In this document: in pieces, positions 39,848-55,059 of the stretch
How the letters are laid out: each line of letters starts with the position of its first letter
Numbering within the stretch: position 1 is the first letter of the stretch
Origin: Octopus bimaculoides
Taxonomy: Eukaryota
Reading direction: 5' to 3'
Assembly (NCBI RefSeq): GCF_001194135.2
Contig: NC_068992.1
Coordinates: forward strand, 48,686,741 to 48,750,740
Length of the DNA stretch: 64,000 bases
The notes under the pieces: generated by a model
Seen by the model: only the letters and a program-made list of their open reading frames with translations
Told to the model about the DNA's origin: nothing
The model's database searches: none
Made by a program: the position numbers and the translations under genes

Positions 39848-40795
39848 AATATATGAGTATATGCATATATATGTACATGTATGTATATACGTTCATCCAC
39901 ATGTACATATAGATACATAACTGGGTACATGACGTGGAAAAAGAACAAGGACAAAAATGGTATATATTTATTTATTTATTAGTTTCAAATTGGGGCACAA
40001 TGCTGGCAATTTCGGTGGAGGGGGTTAGTCGATAGTTCATGCCTTTTTTTTATCATTTAAAATAATAGCTGTTTTTATAAGAATTCCATCCATCCATCCA
40101 ATCAACTTCTTCGACCACTATTCCTTGGAATTCGTGGGGGCTACAGAATCCTTAGGTATCTCCTCCATGGATTCTATCAGAAGCAATCGTCCTTAGACTT
40201 TCTGGCCAGACTCTCAAGTGCGTCCAACCGAGATTACGGATATTATCTAATCATAGATCTGCTTCCAGTTGGCTCCTACGATTCTTTCTTCTGACATTGC
40301 AGAATAAGACCTCCAGAAACTATTGTATGAAAATTGGGTTAATAAGAATTCAATTGGAAAGTTTTTTTGTTTTTTTTTTTATTTACTGGACATAATGTTA
40401 TAGTTATTTACTCTGCCATATTCCAAGTACCAGTTTTATTGCCTTTGAAAAGCAGAAATGTAACGTTAAGATTACTATAAATATACATGTGTGTGTGGGG
40501 GTGTTGTGTGTATGTGTGTGTGTGTGTATGTGGGGGGGGGGCGTAGTTTAGTGATCATTACATTGCAGTTTCAATTCCTGCCTTCTTTTCAGTAAAAATA
40601 TTCTGTTTCGCGTTACGGCAGTTCACTCAGCTGGCAAAGACTAATAACCCTGGTACAAAACTGGCGTCCCGTTCAGTGGATGGGTGGGGGAATACATACG
40701 TCACAGAATCCAGGAGACCGGCCTTAAGAGCTAATTTCTCGAGAAGGACCGTAGATCCATTTTCCGTTATATATTTATATATGTGNNNNNNNNNN

Positions 40796-40863
<68 letters not shown>

Positions 40864-40909
40864 ATGAAGGAAAGAGAAGATAGGCTTAATACTAGTCTTT
40901 ATTCATTAC

Positions 40910-40946
<37 letters not shown>

Positions 40947-41862
40947 ATTAATACAACTACAAGTCTGACATTTTGTACATAATCAAATAGACATATATAT
41001 GTATACACACACATACATACACACATATATATACACACACACATACACATACACATACACATACATACATACATACATACATACATACATACATACATAC
41101 ATACATACATACATACATACATTCTTTGTTGCGTACTTAATAAAGTTTGTATCTGCTGGTACTACAGCTATACGCTTGACGTCCTTTTCAATATTACGCA
41201 CACACACACGTGTGTGTGTGTCTTTGTGCCTGTGCGCGTGTCGATGTATGTCTATATATCGTATAAATATTCAGATATATATACATATAAACTTATATAT
41301 TTTTTATTACATATATATGCATATGTGTGTATATAAATCTATGTATGTTTATATACCAATATATTTACACATTTATATGTATGTGCTCACACCCACACAA
41401 AACGCACACATATATAGAATAGAATACAAAAGACCTCTATTTGATAAAAGAATAGGTTGTCTTAACATAGATATTATATTTTTAAAGTACGCTTAAATAT
41501 ATAAATTTCTGTCTTCAGCCTTCTATCTCCCTTTGTATCACTCTCTAATGCTATAGATATATAAATATGGCGCAGGTTGTGTGTGTGAGATGTATGAGAT
41601 GTCACTAACAGACAGATGGATCGATAGACAGATATCTATATTGATAGATTTGTTTTTTGTTTCTTTTAGACCATTCAACATACTGGTAAATTAAAACATT
41701 TATTATAGAAACGAATTGTATTATCCCAATGTCAATATACTTACTTATGCTATACACAAATATGTGAGGGTGTGTGTGCGTGCGTGGATGTGTGTATGCA
41801 TGCATGTATGTATGTATGTATGTATTTATGTAAACATGCATACTTGCACACGCACGCATAAA

Positions 41863-41899
<37 letters not shown>

Positions 41900-42266
41900 N
41901 NNNNNNNNNNNNNNNNNNNNNNNNNNNNNNNNNNNNNNNNNNNNNNNNNNNNNNNNNNNNNNNNNNNNNNNNNNNNNNNNNNNNNNNNNNNNNNNNNNNN
42001 NNNNNNNNNNNNNNNNNNNNNNNNNNNNNNNNNNNNNNNNNNNNNNNNNNNNNNNNNNNNNNNNNNNNNNNNNNNNNNNNNNNNNNNNNNNNNNNNNNNN
42101 NNNNNNNNNNNNNNNNNNNNNNNNNNNNNNNNNNNNNNNNNNNNNNNNNNNNNNNNNNNNNNNNNNNNNNNNNNNNNNNNNNNNNNNNNNNNNNNNNNNN
42201 NNNNNNNNNNNNNNNNNNNNNNNNNNNNNNNNNNNNNNNNNNNNNNNNNNNNNNNNNNNNNNNNNN

Positions 42267-42320
<54 letters not shown>

Positions 42321-42959
42321 TGCTTATTGCAGCATTGACTTCTGTCGTTATATATCCTCAATGTGATGTGTTAATGCTGTATCTGTACATTCGACAGAGC
42401 ATTTTAGAAGCTGTATACTACATGATAAAAGATTTCACATTAGTTACACAACGATATAGATACTGAAGCACTTCAGCATTCAAAATTCAGAACAATATGT
42501 CTGTTATATAGACAAAGACAGCAAAAAATTTTCAATGACTAAAGAAATTTGATCCTAATAGATATCAATAGTGAATAACTAAACAGACTATAAAATCTTG
42601 CATTATAATAAAAGCAGTGAATACTGCAGAAAGTGAAAGACAGATAATTTGTCATCAGTCTGGCTGATTCTTTGAATTGGAATTCTGTATTTTAGCATTA
42701 AGGGTCCTTTTCAATAGTTCACAAAATATGCAGGGGAGAGTTTATGAGTTCAATGCTAACGATTCTAATGCATTATCGGTTTCTACAAGTATATCCGCTA
42801 AAAAGAGTTATCCTGTTGTACGATGGCATATGGTAGCCGGTAACCATATAGAAGCTTTGAAATGCCCGTTATGAGGTCATTACCCAGATGATATAAAATA
42901 ATATTGATTATTATTCCATACCCGGAAAATTCGCTATCGTAACGGTGCCTAACGAGTAA

Positions 42960-45400
42960 GAGGATGTATCTATGTCTACACCGAGTAAGAGGAAGTACCT
43001 GAAACAACTAACCAAGAATACATGTTCTTCATCAACAGAATAAGGTGGAAGATATCTTTGACAGGAAAATTAAAATGAGTAATAAGAAATAATTCGAAGA
43101 AAAACTAAAGAATGAATTTAAATCACTGAGGAACCGCCCACCTTAATCGGCATCTAGCACTGTTTGGGGAGAAACCATATAATATAATTAAGAATGTCAG
43201 ATTTGAAAAAATTCCTTAGGCAAACAACCAACACCAAAAGGAATTTAGAATATACTGGAAGACCTGAAATATGCAAGAGGTGTATTAGTACAGGCTGATA
43301 AAACCGGAAATTTATATTATGCCGACATTGAAACATATTAAAAACTTATCATTAACTTAAGAGTAAATATAATTATACAGTAAATGAAACATTAACTGAG
43401 ATAAATAAGAAGGGACATGAAATAACTACAGAGCTGGGAATTGAAGACATAACAAAACTATATACACCTTGAAGACCTAGAATTAAAAACCATAAGAGTA
43501 ATATTCACAGCTATCCGTCAGTTAGACTAATATACCCATCTAAATTATTTGTAGGTTGAATCAGTAAAACTATTATAAATAAAATGTTATCAACGCTGAG
43601 ATCCTAATTAAGCTTATGCTGTGGTCAGACACACTAGATATTATTCCTTGGCTTAAAAGCCTGGACAATAAAAATAGCTGCAAGTTTATACATCTAGACA
43701 TCTCTAATTACTATTCCAATATCAATCCGATAAAACTTAATGCGGCACTTATATTCGTTAAGCGCAGCTCTAATTTATCCAGACATGAGATAGATATTAT
43801 ACTGGTTGCCCGTAATACAATAATTGCTTACGATAATAAGTTATGGATGAGATCGGATAAAATGAACTGTTTTGACATAACGATGGGATCAAATGACCAG
43901 CGCAGGTCACTGATCTCGTCGGCTTTTACATTCTTTTCCAGATGGAATCCTGGCTTCCGAGGTTAAGTGGGGATGCCGTTATTTTTCTAGCAGACAATTG
44001 TAGTTAAGTGGAAATGGAACGATATGGGGAAAAATGTTTAAATTCTTCAAAAATTTAGAACTATCCATTACAATTAAGAACGATCCCGAAGTTGTTCGTT
44101 TTCTAGGCGGAACACTTAATTTAAACACAGAGATTTTTGAATCATACTACAAACCAACTGAGAATCTAAAGTATGTAGAAAGAAATTATATCATACACAT
44201 TCTGTATTTAAAAGCATTTTGAAACGTATATCCAATAGAATTTGCAGGCTGTCTGCAAATGAAAAGTATTTACTCACACGTTGGGTATTACAATGCGGCA
44301 CTGGCCAGTGCTGGATACAGTAGAAAAAATTAAGTATTCACTTAGCAATATTATAATTAATCAATATAAAAAGGGAAATAATGAAAAGGGGAGAGATATA
44401 GAGATAGTTCTACTAATGAACATAAATAGGATGCAAATCTTAGGGTAGATATCCAGGAAGGAAAAATCATAAACTTAGAATCAGAATCTGATAGTTTGGT
44501 TAGAATGAATACAAATAGAAGAAAGGCAGTTTGAAATGGGAACAAAATACCTACTTTTATTCCAATCGTAATGATTCTACTAAGGACGATAATGATTACA
44601 CCACACTTAATATCCAATCTAATTAAGGTGGCATCTTATAGTTCAGTGTTTGGATTGCATGTAGCATCTAAAAGTTTCCTCTGCATTTTCCTTTAACAGG
44701 CATATGGTAAAATTGCCATATGAAACATAAAATAACCTTGAATACAATATTCATAAAGTAAATAATAGAAAGTTGAATATGGTAAGCGTAAACTCTAAAA
44801 ATATCGTCTAGAATAGCGTATCTCCAGGGAGTGGAGAAGGTAATAATGCTGGGAGGCGGAAGAGAAATCAGTTCATATAATTTTAACGTAGGTATAAATG
44901 TCGACATTAAGATTGATAATAGGAGCAAAACTGAGAATGGATTCAACACTAATAATAGCAACACTGTCAATAACAATAACAAACACAGTAAGAGGAAAGA
45001 TATGAAAACAAATACAAGGGGAAAACTGGTTGCAAATAATAAAGTAAAAATGTAATTGTAGGGATAAATAAGTATGTCCTTTGGCGAATGAATGTTTACG
45101 TAGGAACATATAAATGTACTGTAAAATCAAATACCCGTATATATGCATATCTAGTTGCAACTAGCTATACATTGAAGAACTGCTGGAGGAACCATGCTGC
45201 ATCATTTACAGAAAGCTGCAAGTGACAATACATATCACTCGCAGACCTTATACTGGAACTCAAACGGAAAAAATACAGCACGATTTCGACAAAACTACGA
45301 AATACAAAACCAAATAACGTATACTCAAAAGAATGTAATGTAACTTCTGCATGGAAAAGGTACTTGAAATAATATCATGTAGTGATTGTTTCGACAAGCA
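42960..45400 (+). mobile_element. Near full-length decayed Penelope-like element (RT plus GIY-YIG endonuclease)
   Basis: TPSKRKYLKQL/FINRIRWK (about 42980-43060), ADKTGNLY (about 43295), PSVRLIYPSK (about 43515), KFIHLDISNYY and FDITMGS (ORF 43616), FLGGTLNL..YYKP (ORF 44034), YNAALASAGY (about 44290), TLKNCWRNHAASF (about 45165) and CNFCMEK (about 45340). Confidence 0.9.
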
Positions 45401-45967
45401 TGATTATAATGTTGTTTACCTGAATTATGTCATATTTGTAATAATTTCTATGTATCTATGGTCATTTAGTTATATCAATCCGTTATTTACTCAAAAATGC
45501 TATTATAATGTTGCAGTATCATTATTTGGTATGTTCAAATGATATTATTTATATTGCTGTCCACCTAAATTGTACAATGCCATAATAACTGATTTGCTCG
45601 GTACAGTTGTTTAGGAGAATGGAAAGTGACTGCTAAGACTGACATGGAGAGATGCATATGGTTGAGAGCAAAAGTGGCGACATATATGGATATATGCATT
45701 TTAGTGTGAAATAAAATAATATGAATATGTGTACAATGAATGTGCGAGAGTGAAAACTATTTATTTAACCTAACGCTGTCAAGCGAGAGAAATCGTCAAT
45801 TATATGTAGGTATATATGTGTATATATACATGAGTATAGATATGTGTATGCAAGTATGTAAGGAATGTTGGGATATAAATCGGTGGCAGTTTATGTATGC
45901 GTATGTGTGCGCGCGTGCGCGCGTGCGTGTATTTGTGTGTATGTGTGCATATATATGTATTGCATAC

Positions 45968-45998
<31 letters not shown>

Positions 45999-47184
45999 NN
46001 NNNNNNNNNNNNNNNNNNNNNNNNNNNNNNNNNNNNNNNNNNNNNNNNNNNNNNNNNNNNNNNNNNNNNNNNNNNNNNNNNNNNNNNNNNNNNNNNNNNN
46101 NNNNNNNNNNNNNNNNNNNNNNNNNNNNNNNNNNNNNNNNNNNNNNNNNNNNNNNNNNNNNNNNNNNNNNNNNNNNNNNNNNNNNNNNNNNNNNNNNNNN
46201 NNNNNNNNNNNNNNNNNNNNNNNNNNNNNNNNNNNNNNNNNNNNNNNNNNNNNNNNNNNNNNNNNNNNNNNNNNNNNNNNNNNNNNNNNNNNNNNNNNNN
46301 NNNNNNNNNNNNNNNNNNNNNNNNNNNNNNNNNNNNNNNNNNNNNNNNNNNNNNNNNNNNNNNNNNNNNNNNNNNNNNNNNNNNNNNNNNNNNNNNNNNN
46401 NNNNNNNNNNNNNNNNNNNNNNNNNNNNNNNNNNNNNNNNNNNNNNNNNNNNNNNNNNNNNNNNNNNNNNNNNNNNNNNNNNNNNNNNNNNNNNNNNNNN
46501 NNNNNNNNNNNNNNNNNNNNNNNNNNNNNNNNNNNNNNNNNNNNNNNNNNNNNNNNNNNNNNNNNNNNNNNNNNNNNNNNNNNNNNNNNNNNNNNNNNNN
46601 NNNNNNNNNNNNNNNNNNNNNNNNNNNNNNNNNNNNNNNNNNNNNNNNNNNNNNNNNNNNNNNNNNNNNNNNNNNNNNNNNNNNNNNNNNNNNNNNNNNN
46701 NNNNNNNNNNNNNNNNNNNNNNNNNNNNNNNNNNNNNNNNNGAAGAAATTGGAGTCAACAAGGAGTACGGTTGGACACCTATTTTTTAATCACTGTAATT
46801 GTTTCCACCCAGAGTGGTTCTCCAAAAGTGGATTAATTAAAACTTTCCTAGAAATGGATGCATGGTGTTCAATCACATAATAATATGAATTATATATATA
46901 TTTTTCCCCAAGGAAAAACTAAGCTAAGAGCATTAGATTCCTTGGAAGAAACCAGCGAATGTATACGAAAAGAAGGACAGAAAAAAACGGAGAAATGTTA
47001 CACAAATACAAATGCAAATAACTGGACATAACCACAGGTGTCTTTCGACTAACGACGAATTAATTAATCTGGCGCATGTGGAAGTTACAGCCTTACGGCA
47101 GGGACATAGGTTTTAACAGGCACAGGGAAGAATATAGATGTTGCACGGATGACCCGTCCTTGTTTTCTTTGTATGTATATATAC

Positions 47185-47255
<71 letters not shown>

Positions 47256-48009
47256 ATCATTTCTTTGTATACACAATGCGAATGAAGATGTAAGGGCGCG
47301 GGCGAATAAACTTCATCCTGTGTGATGGAAGCTGTCCCTAACTTATTATACAACTGTAATGGGAATCAAAGACATCTGGTATTAAGTATTCCGAGCGGAT
47401 GGCAATAAGTTGACCACGCATTCTTTGAAGAGAAAAAAACGCTTATAGACAAAACAGATAACGAATCTATCTAGTTTTTATTTTGACATCTTAGAGTGTT
47501 AATCTATATTAATAAAAGGCGAGACAAGTTTATGCTTAAAAAGAACCAATTTGAACTTTTGTTCATTTATATTGTTCATGAGCTTTTGTTCATTTATATT
47601 TGTTTGTGATTTTTATTTCCATTGACTAGATTTAATCTATTTGTTTAATAATTTATGTTTTTGATTTTTACTTTCATTAGTTTATTTTGGTATCTTTTAT
47701 GACTTCTGTCTGTTTGAAACTTCATGTTAGTCTTTATCAAAGGAACGCTCGAAGTAGAATATGGGTATGAAACAATGGGATACTAGACATGAGCCAGCAG
47801 TGCTCTTAGAGCCACTCACCTGATGACATGCGAGTACACAGATACTGCTGCATCATATTTATATAATCTTTATATAATAATATGTAATTATGGAAAACTC
47901 GGTAATTTACAGCTGTTAGTAATGCCTTGTCTCCTTTTATAAATTTTTATATGAATCCTATGTATTTACGGATCGCCACATGTATATGCGGTAAAAGGAA
48001 TATGTTGTA

Positions 48010-48480
48010 GCCATATAGTATATGTGCGATATCGCCTGTGTGGTGTGTTGTGGAGATAGTGGTTGCATATCAACATAGGGTATAGGATGTGGTGACATTA
48101 TGTAGGCATGACATCACCTCGATATTGTGGTGATATTGTATGATATCACTATAGTTTCTTGAAGTATGATATTGTATGATATCACTATAGTTTCTTGAAG
48201 TATGATATTGTTTGTATAACACTATAGGGTGCTGTGTTCTGTTGATAAAGTATATGTATGATATCATCATAGTGTTTTGCATTGCGGTGATTATATATGC
48301 ATGATATCAATAAAGTTTTGCTTGTCGTGAGATATTGTTTATATATCACAGTAGTGTTGCTTCATGTATTGTAGTGGTATTGTATGTGTGACATCATTGT
48401 AACGTTTTATATTGTGTTGGTTATATGTGATGTCATCATAGTGTTGTATTGTGGTGGTATTGGAGATCTGCCAATAATAT
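48010..48480. repeat. Degenerate TGATAT/GTATG-rich satellite containing a perfect 36-bp tandem duplication
   Basis: 48131-48166 equals 48167-48202. Confidence 0.85.
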
Positions 48481-48709
48481 AGCTATAAAGATAGACACAT
48501 TAAAATGGTAAGATATATTGAAGTAATTTGAAATTATTGGCTTTATAGTATATGTATATATATATATATGTATGTATATATATATATATCTATCTATATA
48601 TANNNNNNNNNNNNNNNNNNNNNNNNNNNNNNNNNNNNNNNNNNNNNNNNNNNNNNNNNNNNNNNNNNNNNNNNNNNNNNNNNNNNNNNNNNNNNNNNNN
48701 NNNNNNNNN

Positions 48710-48754
<45 letters not shown>

Positions 48755-48757
48755 TAT

Positions 48758-48788
<31 letters not shown>

Positions 48789-49311
48789 CATACATATACA
48801 TATACATTGATGCATATATACATATATATTTATGCCTACAGATGTAGAAAACTATTGTTTCACAAACACAAAATCACATAAAAATGTACATATACGTACA
48901 CATCCATAAGCCTCTTACACACGTGTATATATATACACACACACACACATGTATATACATATATATATACACACACACACAAATATACTGGCAGGCAAGC
49001 ACCATTAAACACAGACACAAACGCACACACACACACTCAGACGGATGCCCCCTCATATTTACACATTTATACATCATATACAGGAATAGACATATTGAAG
49101 TACCAGATGTATAAACACAACATAAACGCACACACTAAATACACATACATGCACATATATGCATATATATATACATACATCTATATATATATACATATAT
49201 ATATGTATATATATGGATGTATGTGAATATACATAAATACATTACATATGTATGTATATATACATATATATGATATATAAATATGTATATGAATATATAT
49301 ATATGTGTGTT

Positions 49312-49433
<122 letters not shown>

Positions 49434-50563
49434 TGTGTGTGTCTATGTGTGTGTGTGTGTCTGTGTGTACAGGGAGAGAATGATAGAGGTATATACACAT
49501 ACAAAACACAGGATTCAGAGGCTTAATAGATAGTATAAACTAGATTAAGTCTTCAGTCTGATTATTATTAGTCATTAACGATATTTAATTAATAGCCTCT
49601 AATAAAAATGACATTAAGTATAGCAACAACAACAAATTGAATTAAAATCTACACTCAAACTCTGCGAGCGACTGAGGAAGACAGAGTCACATAGATATAC
49701 TGAAATATAAATGCATATATATACATATATATACACACAGAAACACGCACACACACATATATATATATATATATACACACATAGCTTTGCATATATATAT
49801 ATATATATATATATATNNNNNNNNNNNNNNNNNNNNNNNNNNNNNNNNNNNNNNNNNNNNNNNNNNNNNNNNNNNNNNNNNNNNNNNNNNNNNNNNNNNN
49901 NNNNNNNNNNNNNNNNNNNNNNNNNNNNNNNNNNNNNNNNNNNNNNNNNNNNNNNNNNNNNNNNNNNNNNNNNNNNNNNNNNNNNNNNNNNNNNNNNNNN
50001 NNNNNNNNNNNNNNNNNNNNNNNNNNNNNNNNNNNNNNNNNNNNNNNNNNNNNNNNNNNNNNNNNNNNNNNNNNNNNNNNNNNNNNNNNNNNNNNNNNNN
50101 NNNNNNNNNNNNNNNNNNNNNNNNNNNNNNNNNNNNNNNNNNNNNNNNNNNNNNNNNNNNNNNNNNNNNNNNNNNNNNNNNNNNNNNNNNNNNNNNNNNN
50201 NNNNNNNNNNNNNNNNNNNNNNNNNNNNNNNNNNNNNNNNNNNNNNNNNNNNNNNNNNNNNNNNNNNNNNNNNNNNNNNNNNNNNNNNNNNNNNNNNNNN
50301 NNNNNNNNNNNNNNNNNNNNNNNNNNNNNNNNNNNNNNNNNNNNNNNNNNNNNNNATATATATATATATATATCAAATGTATAAATCAAAAGTATAAAAT
50401 ATGCATATATATACACACGTATATATGCACGTACATATGTATAGATAGAGAGAGGTTGAGACCGCAAGTCTGCACACAGACGGGAAGACAAACAGCACCA
50501 TACAAATCGTGGACGTCCACACATGCACACAGATGCACTCGCAAACATACATACACACACACA

Positions 50564-50602
<39 letters not shown>

Positions 50603-50729
50603 ATGTGTACAAACCGTACAAAGCATAACCCAAACAATTTCTTTTTATGCATANNNNNNNNNNACATATATATACACACACATACATACACGTGTGTGTG
50701 TGTGTATATATATGTACGTATATATATGT

Positions 50730-50772
<43 letters not shown>

Positions 50773-50999
50773 CAATAATTAAGAAACACACAAAAAGGTC
50801 TGTAAAATTCTGCTACCCAGGGTTTCCTGACCAAAATATTAAATTCATTTCGACATTTCTCAGGCTGATAAAGTCAACAAGTCTGCGTTTGATATAATCG
50901 ATGTTTGAAGAATCACGCATACTTTGAAAAAGACAGAAGGTAATCACGGGGTAGTAATTAACTGCACAGCAATTATTGACAGTCTTTTAAGAAAGTCGA

Positions 51000-51960
51000 A
51001 AATGTCACAAACCAGTTCTGGAATGAATTATGGTTTGTCCGGTGTTTTGTGTCTAATTCCCGCTAAGATGTATTTTGTAACATGCAGTTATTATTAAAAT
51101 ATCTCGCTTATTCAGTCCCTGGAATTCCTTAGATGTTCTGAAAGATAGCCTTTCAAGAGAATACACCGAATATTATTTTGACCCGTTAATATGAGGTCTG
51201 GTCTTAGAAAGGAACTTCTATTTGATGTGGTAGTTGATGTTTGCATCCTTAAGTCTCCAAATTAATACCGTGAGGGTTATGTTCTCTGCTCGAGATGCCT
51301 AAAGGTAGAAAGATGGTTGTTTTTTCTAGGTTTAAATCTTCCCATCATGGACACTATATAGCGTTTGGTCCCTGTCCGGCCGGTGTCGTAGCTTGCCGTT
51401 ACCTCTGTATTATAAACAACGGAGTATATATCGCGTTCTCAGGCCTAGAGAATATCTAGGTTTATATCTACTTGTGCTTCCAGGAATTGTCCGAGTCTTC
51501 GGTTGCTTATTGATGTAATTCTTTACATTATGGGATAGAAATATGTAATTTTAGCTGAGTCTATTAGATATTTTATTATACCTAAGAGTAAGACTCTTCT
51601 ACCTATATTTTTCCTAGCATTTAAGAAGAAACCCAGGTCGAGCCATATGATAATGCGAGATCTATTTTTAAATTTAGATTGTTGAGGAGGCGGAAGAGGA
51701 TTATTACAAATTATATCGGTGAAGCTACTATCCAGTAATGCCTTATCATAATATGGAGTAGTCTTTTCTAATATTTTTCTAGGTGAAACTAGGTATGTGA
51801 TTCTACGGATATTGTTAGGAATTAAGTTCTTAAATACAATAGGTGGATGGTAAGAGTGCTTATTTATTTTACATTTTCTTTGACCTTATGGAAGATCTTT
51901 TTTTATAAGAATTTATCTTGAGTCAATATAAATAGAAATTCTAGGTTCTAAAGAACTAAA
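51000..51960 (-). mobile_element. Decayed Penelope-like element, RT C-terminus to GIY-YIG
   Basis: Minus strand HSYHPPIVFKNL, PYYDKALLDS, IIWLDL...NIG, SVVYNTEVT, WRLKDANINYHIK; cf. SNHPP..LK, YYNNAL, IIWFNPP...NIG, IWELKD.NI.Y.IKW. Confidence 0.8.
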
Positions 51961-52311
51961 ACTGGAAATCAATTACTTGGTGAAGGAATCTATAGTGAAG
52001 CCATCACAACAACGTGATATTGTCGAAGCGTCATTCAGACATACACCAATGTTGTGGTTAGGGAATTTTTAATGTGTAAACCAACCAAAACACGTGGCCA
52101 AAGAACTGCACATATACATACATAGTATATACACACACATACACACACATATTATAATGAACTATTGTAATATTGTTATAATGTACATAATATCCAATAG
52201 CCCCAACAAGATAAAACTATAGTTTTTATCCTCATCATATGGTCCTTGTCAAAACACACAACACTATAATGCTATCATACAGCATCATATATCACTATTC
52301 ACAATGGAACT

Positions 52312-52442
52312 GATGGTGGCGGCGACGACAACAGCGACAGCGGAGGCGACGGTGGCGGCAACGGTGGCGGCGATGGTGGAAGTGGCAGCGAAGGTGGCGG
52401 TGGCAGTGCTGGTGGTGGCAGTGACGGTAGCGGTGGCGGTGG
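52312..52442. repeat. GGC/GGT-rich low-complexity tract
   Basis: Direct reading of sequence. Confidence 0.85.
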
Positions 52443-52449
52443 GAGCAAC

Positions 52450-52804
52450 GTCGGTGTGATTAGGATCGTGGTTTCGATTCCCAGACCGAGCGTTGTGAGT
52501 GTTTATTGAGCGAAAACACCTAAAGCTCCACGAGGCTCCGACAGGGCATGGTGGCGAACCCTGCTGTACTCTTTCACCACAACTTTCTCTCACTCTTACT
52601 TCCTGAGTTTCTGTTGTGCCTGTAATTCAAAGGGTCAGCCTTGTCACACTGTGTCACGCTGAATATCCCCGAGAACTACGTTAAGGGTACACGTGTCTGT
52701 GGAGTGCTCAGCCACTTGCACATTAATTTCACGAGCAGGCTGTTCCGTTGATCGGATCGACTGGAACCCTCGATGTCGTAAGCGACGGAGTGCCAACAGC
52801 AACA
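52450..52804 (+). mobile_element. Third SINE family, well preserved, with (CAA)-like tail
   Basis: B-box-like GTTTCGATTCC at about 52471, GC-rich non-coding body ending ggagtgccaacagcaaca; recalled as an abundant octopus repeat (not verified). Confidence 0.65.
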
Positions 52805-55059
52805 TGTGACAAGATTGACAATGTAATGTCACAGAAAAAAAAAACTGCGTTTTGACTATACTAGAAACATTTTTTAATGTGTTAGATTAGCAGATAGCTA
52901 GAGCCTTGAACAATATACTTAGCAACATTTCGTTCCTCTTTACTCTTTTCGTAATTTTTCGTTTGTTTTTAAAAAAATCTCTACATATTGTCCTTTCGGC
53001 AAATTGTCCAGTCGGTCAATTCTCCTGTCTGTAAGTTCTCTGTCGGCCAACTGTCCGTCTGCCACAGAAATTATGGGCAATTACCGATGTTATTCTCCTA
53101 CTCCCTTCATGTATTTTTTGATGTGGAGATAATTTATAGTGGGGGTGTTGTCAAAACCTGCTTTTTCATTTCTGATAAAATATTGAAGAAAGACTTGTGA
53201 GAGGAGTCAACTTTCTTATTAAAAGACCACCAATGAGGCGTGGAAAGTAATTGGCTTAACCCGAGAATCGAAACTGTGTCATAAAATCAATTCGTGTTGA
53301 GTGAATCCAACTATTCGGTACTGTGCCTTAACGCTATCATATGACTCCTGGGCAATTTTACAGAGTACACTGGAGTACAAGATTTTGGGTTATGTTTTCA
53401 GTTTAAGGATAACTCCCTTCTTTTTGTGTCATATTCTCTAAATGGGGTCGACATAGGTCTTTTCCTACCCCTTTCAATATAGCCTTTTAAAAAAACCAAA
53501 TGAAACAACATTAAATTTTCTGAGATAAGACACACAGAATGATCATGATTAGCGATCTGAATTGCTCCAAACTTTCTACAACATAAACATGAAGTAATCA
53601 GTATTTTCCCCAAAGACCTATTCGATTATGATGCCTCGCTGTTACTATGATTCAAGATTCTACGTCGACATTCCAGAAGATAACGCAGCTTGTTTGTTCT
53701 AATTGTCAGTTTGCAATACATTGTTAGATTTTAATAACAGTTTAACTTTGAAACAAACAAACAAAACACAAACACCTAATTAAAAAGTCAGCCGTTTTCG
53801 TCTTTCACTGTTTTATTATATTTTTTTTATATTTTGTTTTATTTTTGCAGTTTCTGTATTCGTTGTAGTTGTTTCTTGAACAAATTAGTATGTTTAGTTT
53901 CATACCTTGAGTTTTATTAAACAGGAAATTGACGTCATACAAATGTAAGATGTCAACAGCAATTTTCACATCTTTCAACTTTCTTTAATGATAACTTTGT
54001 CGTGGTGAACATCTCCTTTTTTTAATCTCAAAATTCAGTTAACCATATCGTTAAATCACTAATTTTCTTGATATAAACATCCTGTTATCAGTATGTTTTT
54101 TTAAATATTGTTTTTGTTTGTTCGTTGTCTTTTTTTTTTCATTGAGAAGAAACAGCGCCCATAATCCTTGTCTGCAACCCTAGATTGCTGGAATTAATAT
54201 GGTTAATTTATGTTCGCCTAAAATACAGGAACGTTAATGCCTGTAAGGAAAACGTTGGTGATAAAGAGGTTTCTGGACTACTGTAACGCTGAGAAATCAT
54301 GGTTGAAAAAAAAATGTCTGATGCGGGGCTTACAGTGACGGAAACAAGGAAGCAATGTCGAAAGCTAGAGAATGTGCCTACACGGTGTTGCTATGGTTAA
54401 TTGCAGTGAAAGTTTCAGGAGAGATATAAAGATTAAACAGAAAATAAGCGAGCTAGTGGCTGTAGTTTATTGGTGAGACTTTACTAATCAACTAGACAGT
54501 GTTTTATTTTATGCGGTTTACGAGATATGCTTATATCTAATGGCTGGCAGTCAAAAGTATTTTGATATTACTCCAATGTAGGCTAACAAATGATTAAAGA
54601 TAAAACAACATCTGAACCAGAAGACTAGCATTTTATGCTCAACAACACCAACAAAATAAATGAATAAGACAGACAGAGACACATACAAACATACACACAA
54701 GCATACACACACACACACATATATATATACGTGTACATATATACATACGTACATACATACATACATACATGCATACATACATACATACATACATACATAC
54801 ATACACACATACGTACGTACGTACGTACGTACATATATCGATATATTATTGGGTGACAACACGGACATAAGCAGTAAGTAGTCAGACTTTTTCGGTATAA
54901 TATTTGATTTTTTTTTTCTTTTCCTGTTTCAATTTATATTCCATAGAATACACAGCTCCATAAGCACAATGCCCTTATTTCCCTTCCAGGAGGTTCAATA
55001 GATTGATGCTTCATAGCACATTAGCGTATATTCAATCATTTATATACACATACACACAC

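Noticed and set aside
39522-39963. About 86-bp identical direct repeat (39522-39607 and 39878-39963)
   Set aside because: Perfect identity on both sides of an N gap is typical of an unmerged contig overlap or haplotype artefact.
47820-47940. Perfect CAG|GTGAGT donor on the minus strand
   Set aside because: No clear polypyrimidine acceptor and no recognisable peptide.
52285-52593. Thr/Ala-rich 102-aa minus-strand ORF
   Set aside because: Antisense translation of the GGC/GGT tract plus a SINE.
53536-53575. 40-nt candidate exon KFGAIQIANHDHS that would supply an FG motif before exon 38992
   Set aside because: Weak GTGTGT donor, very short, and the similarity could easily be chance; not supportable without RNA data.
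53906-54081. Minus-strand segment with a strong AAG|GTATGA donor
   Set aside because: Stops in all frames from the only reasonable acceptor.
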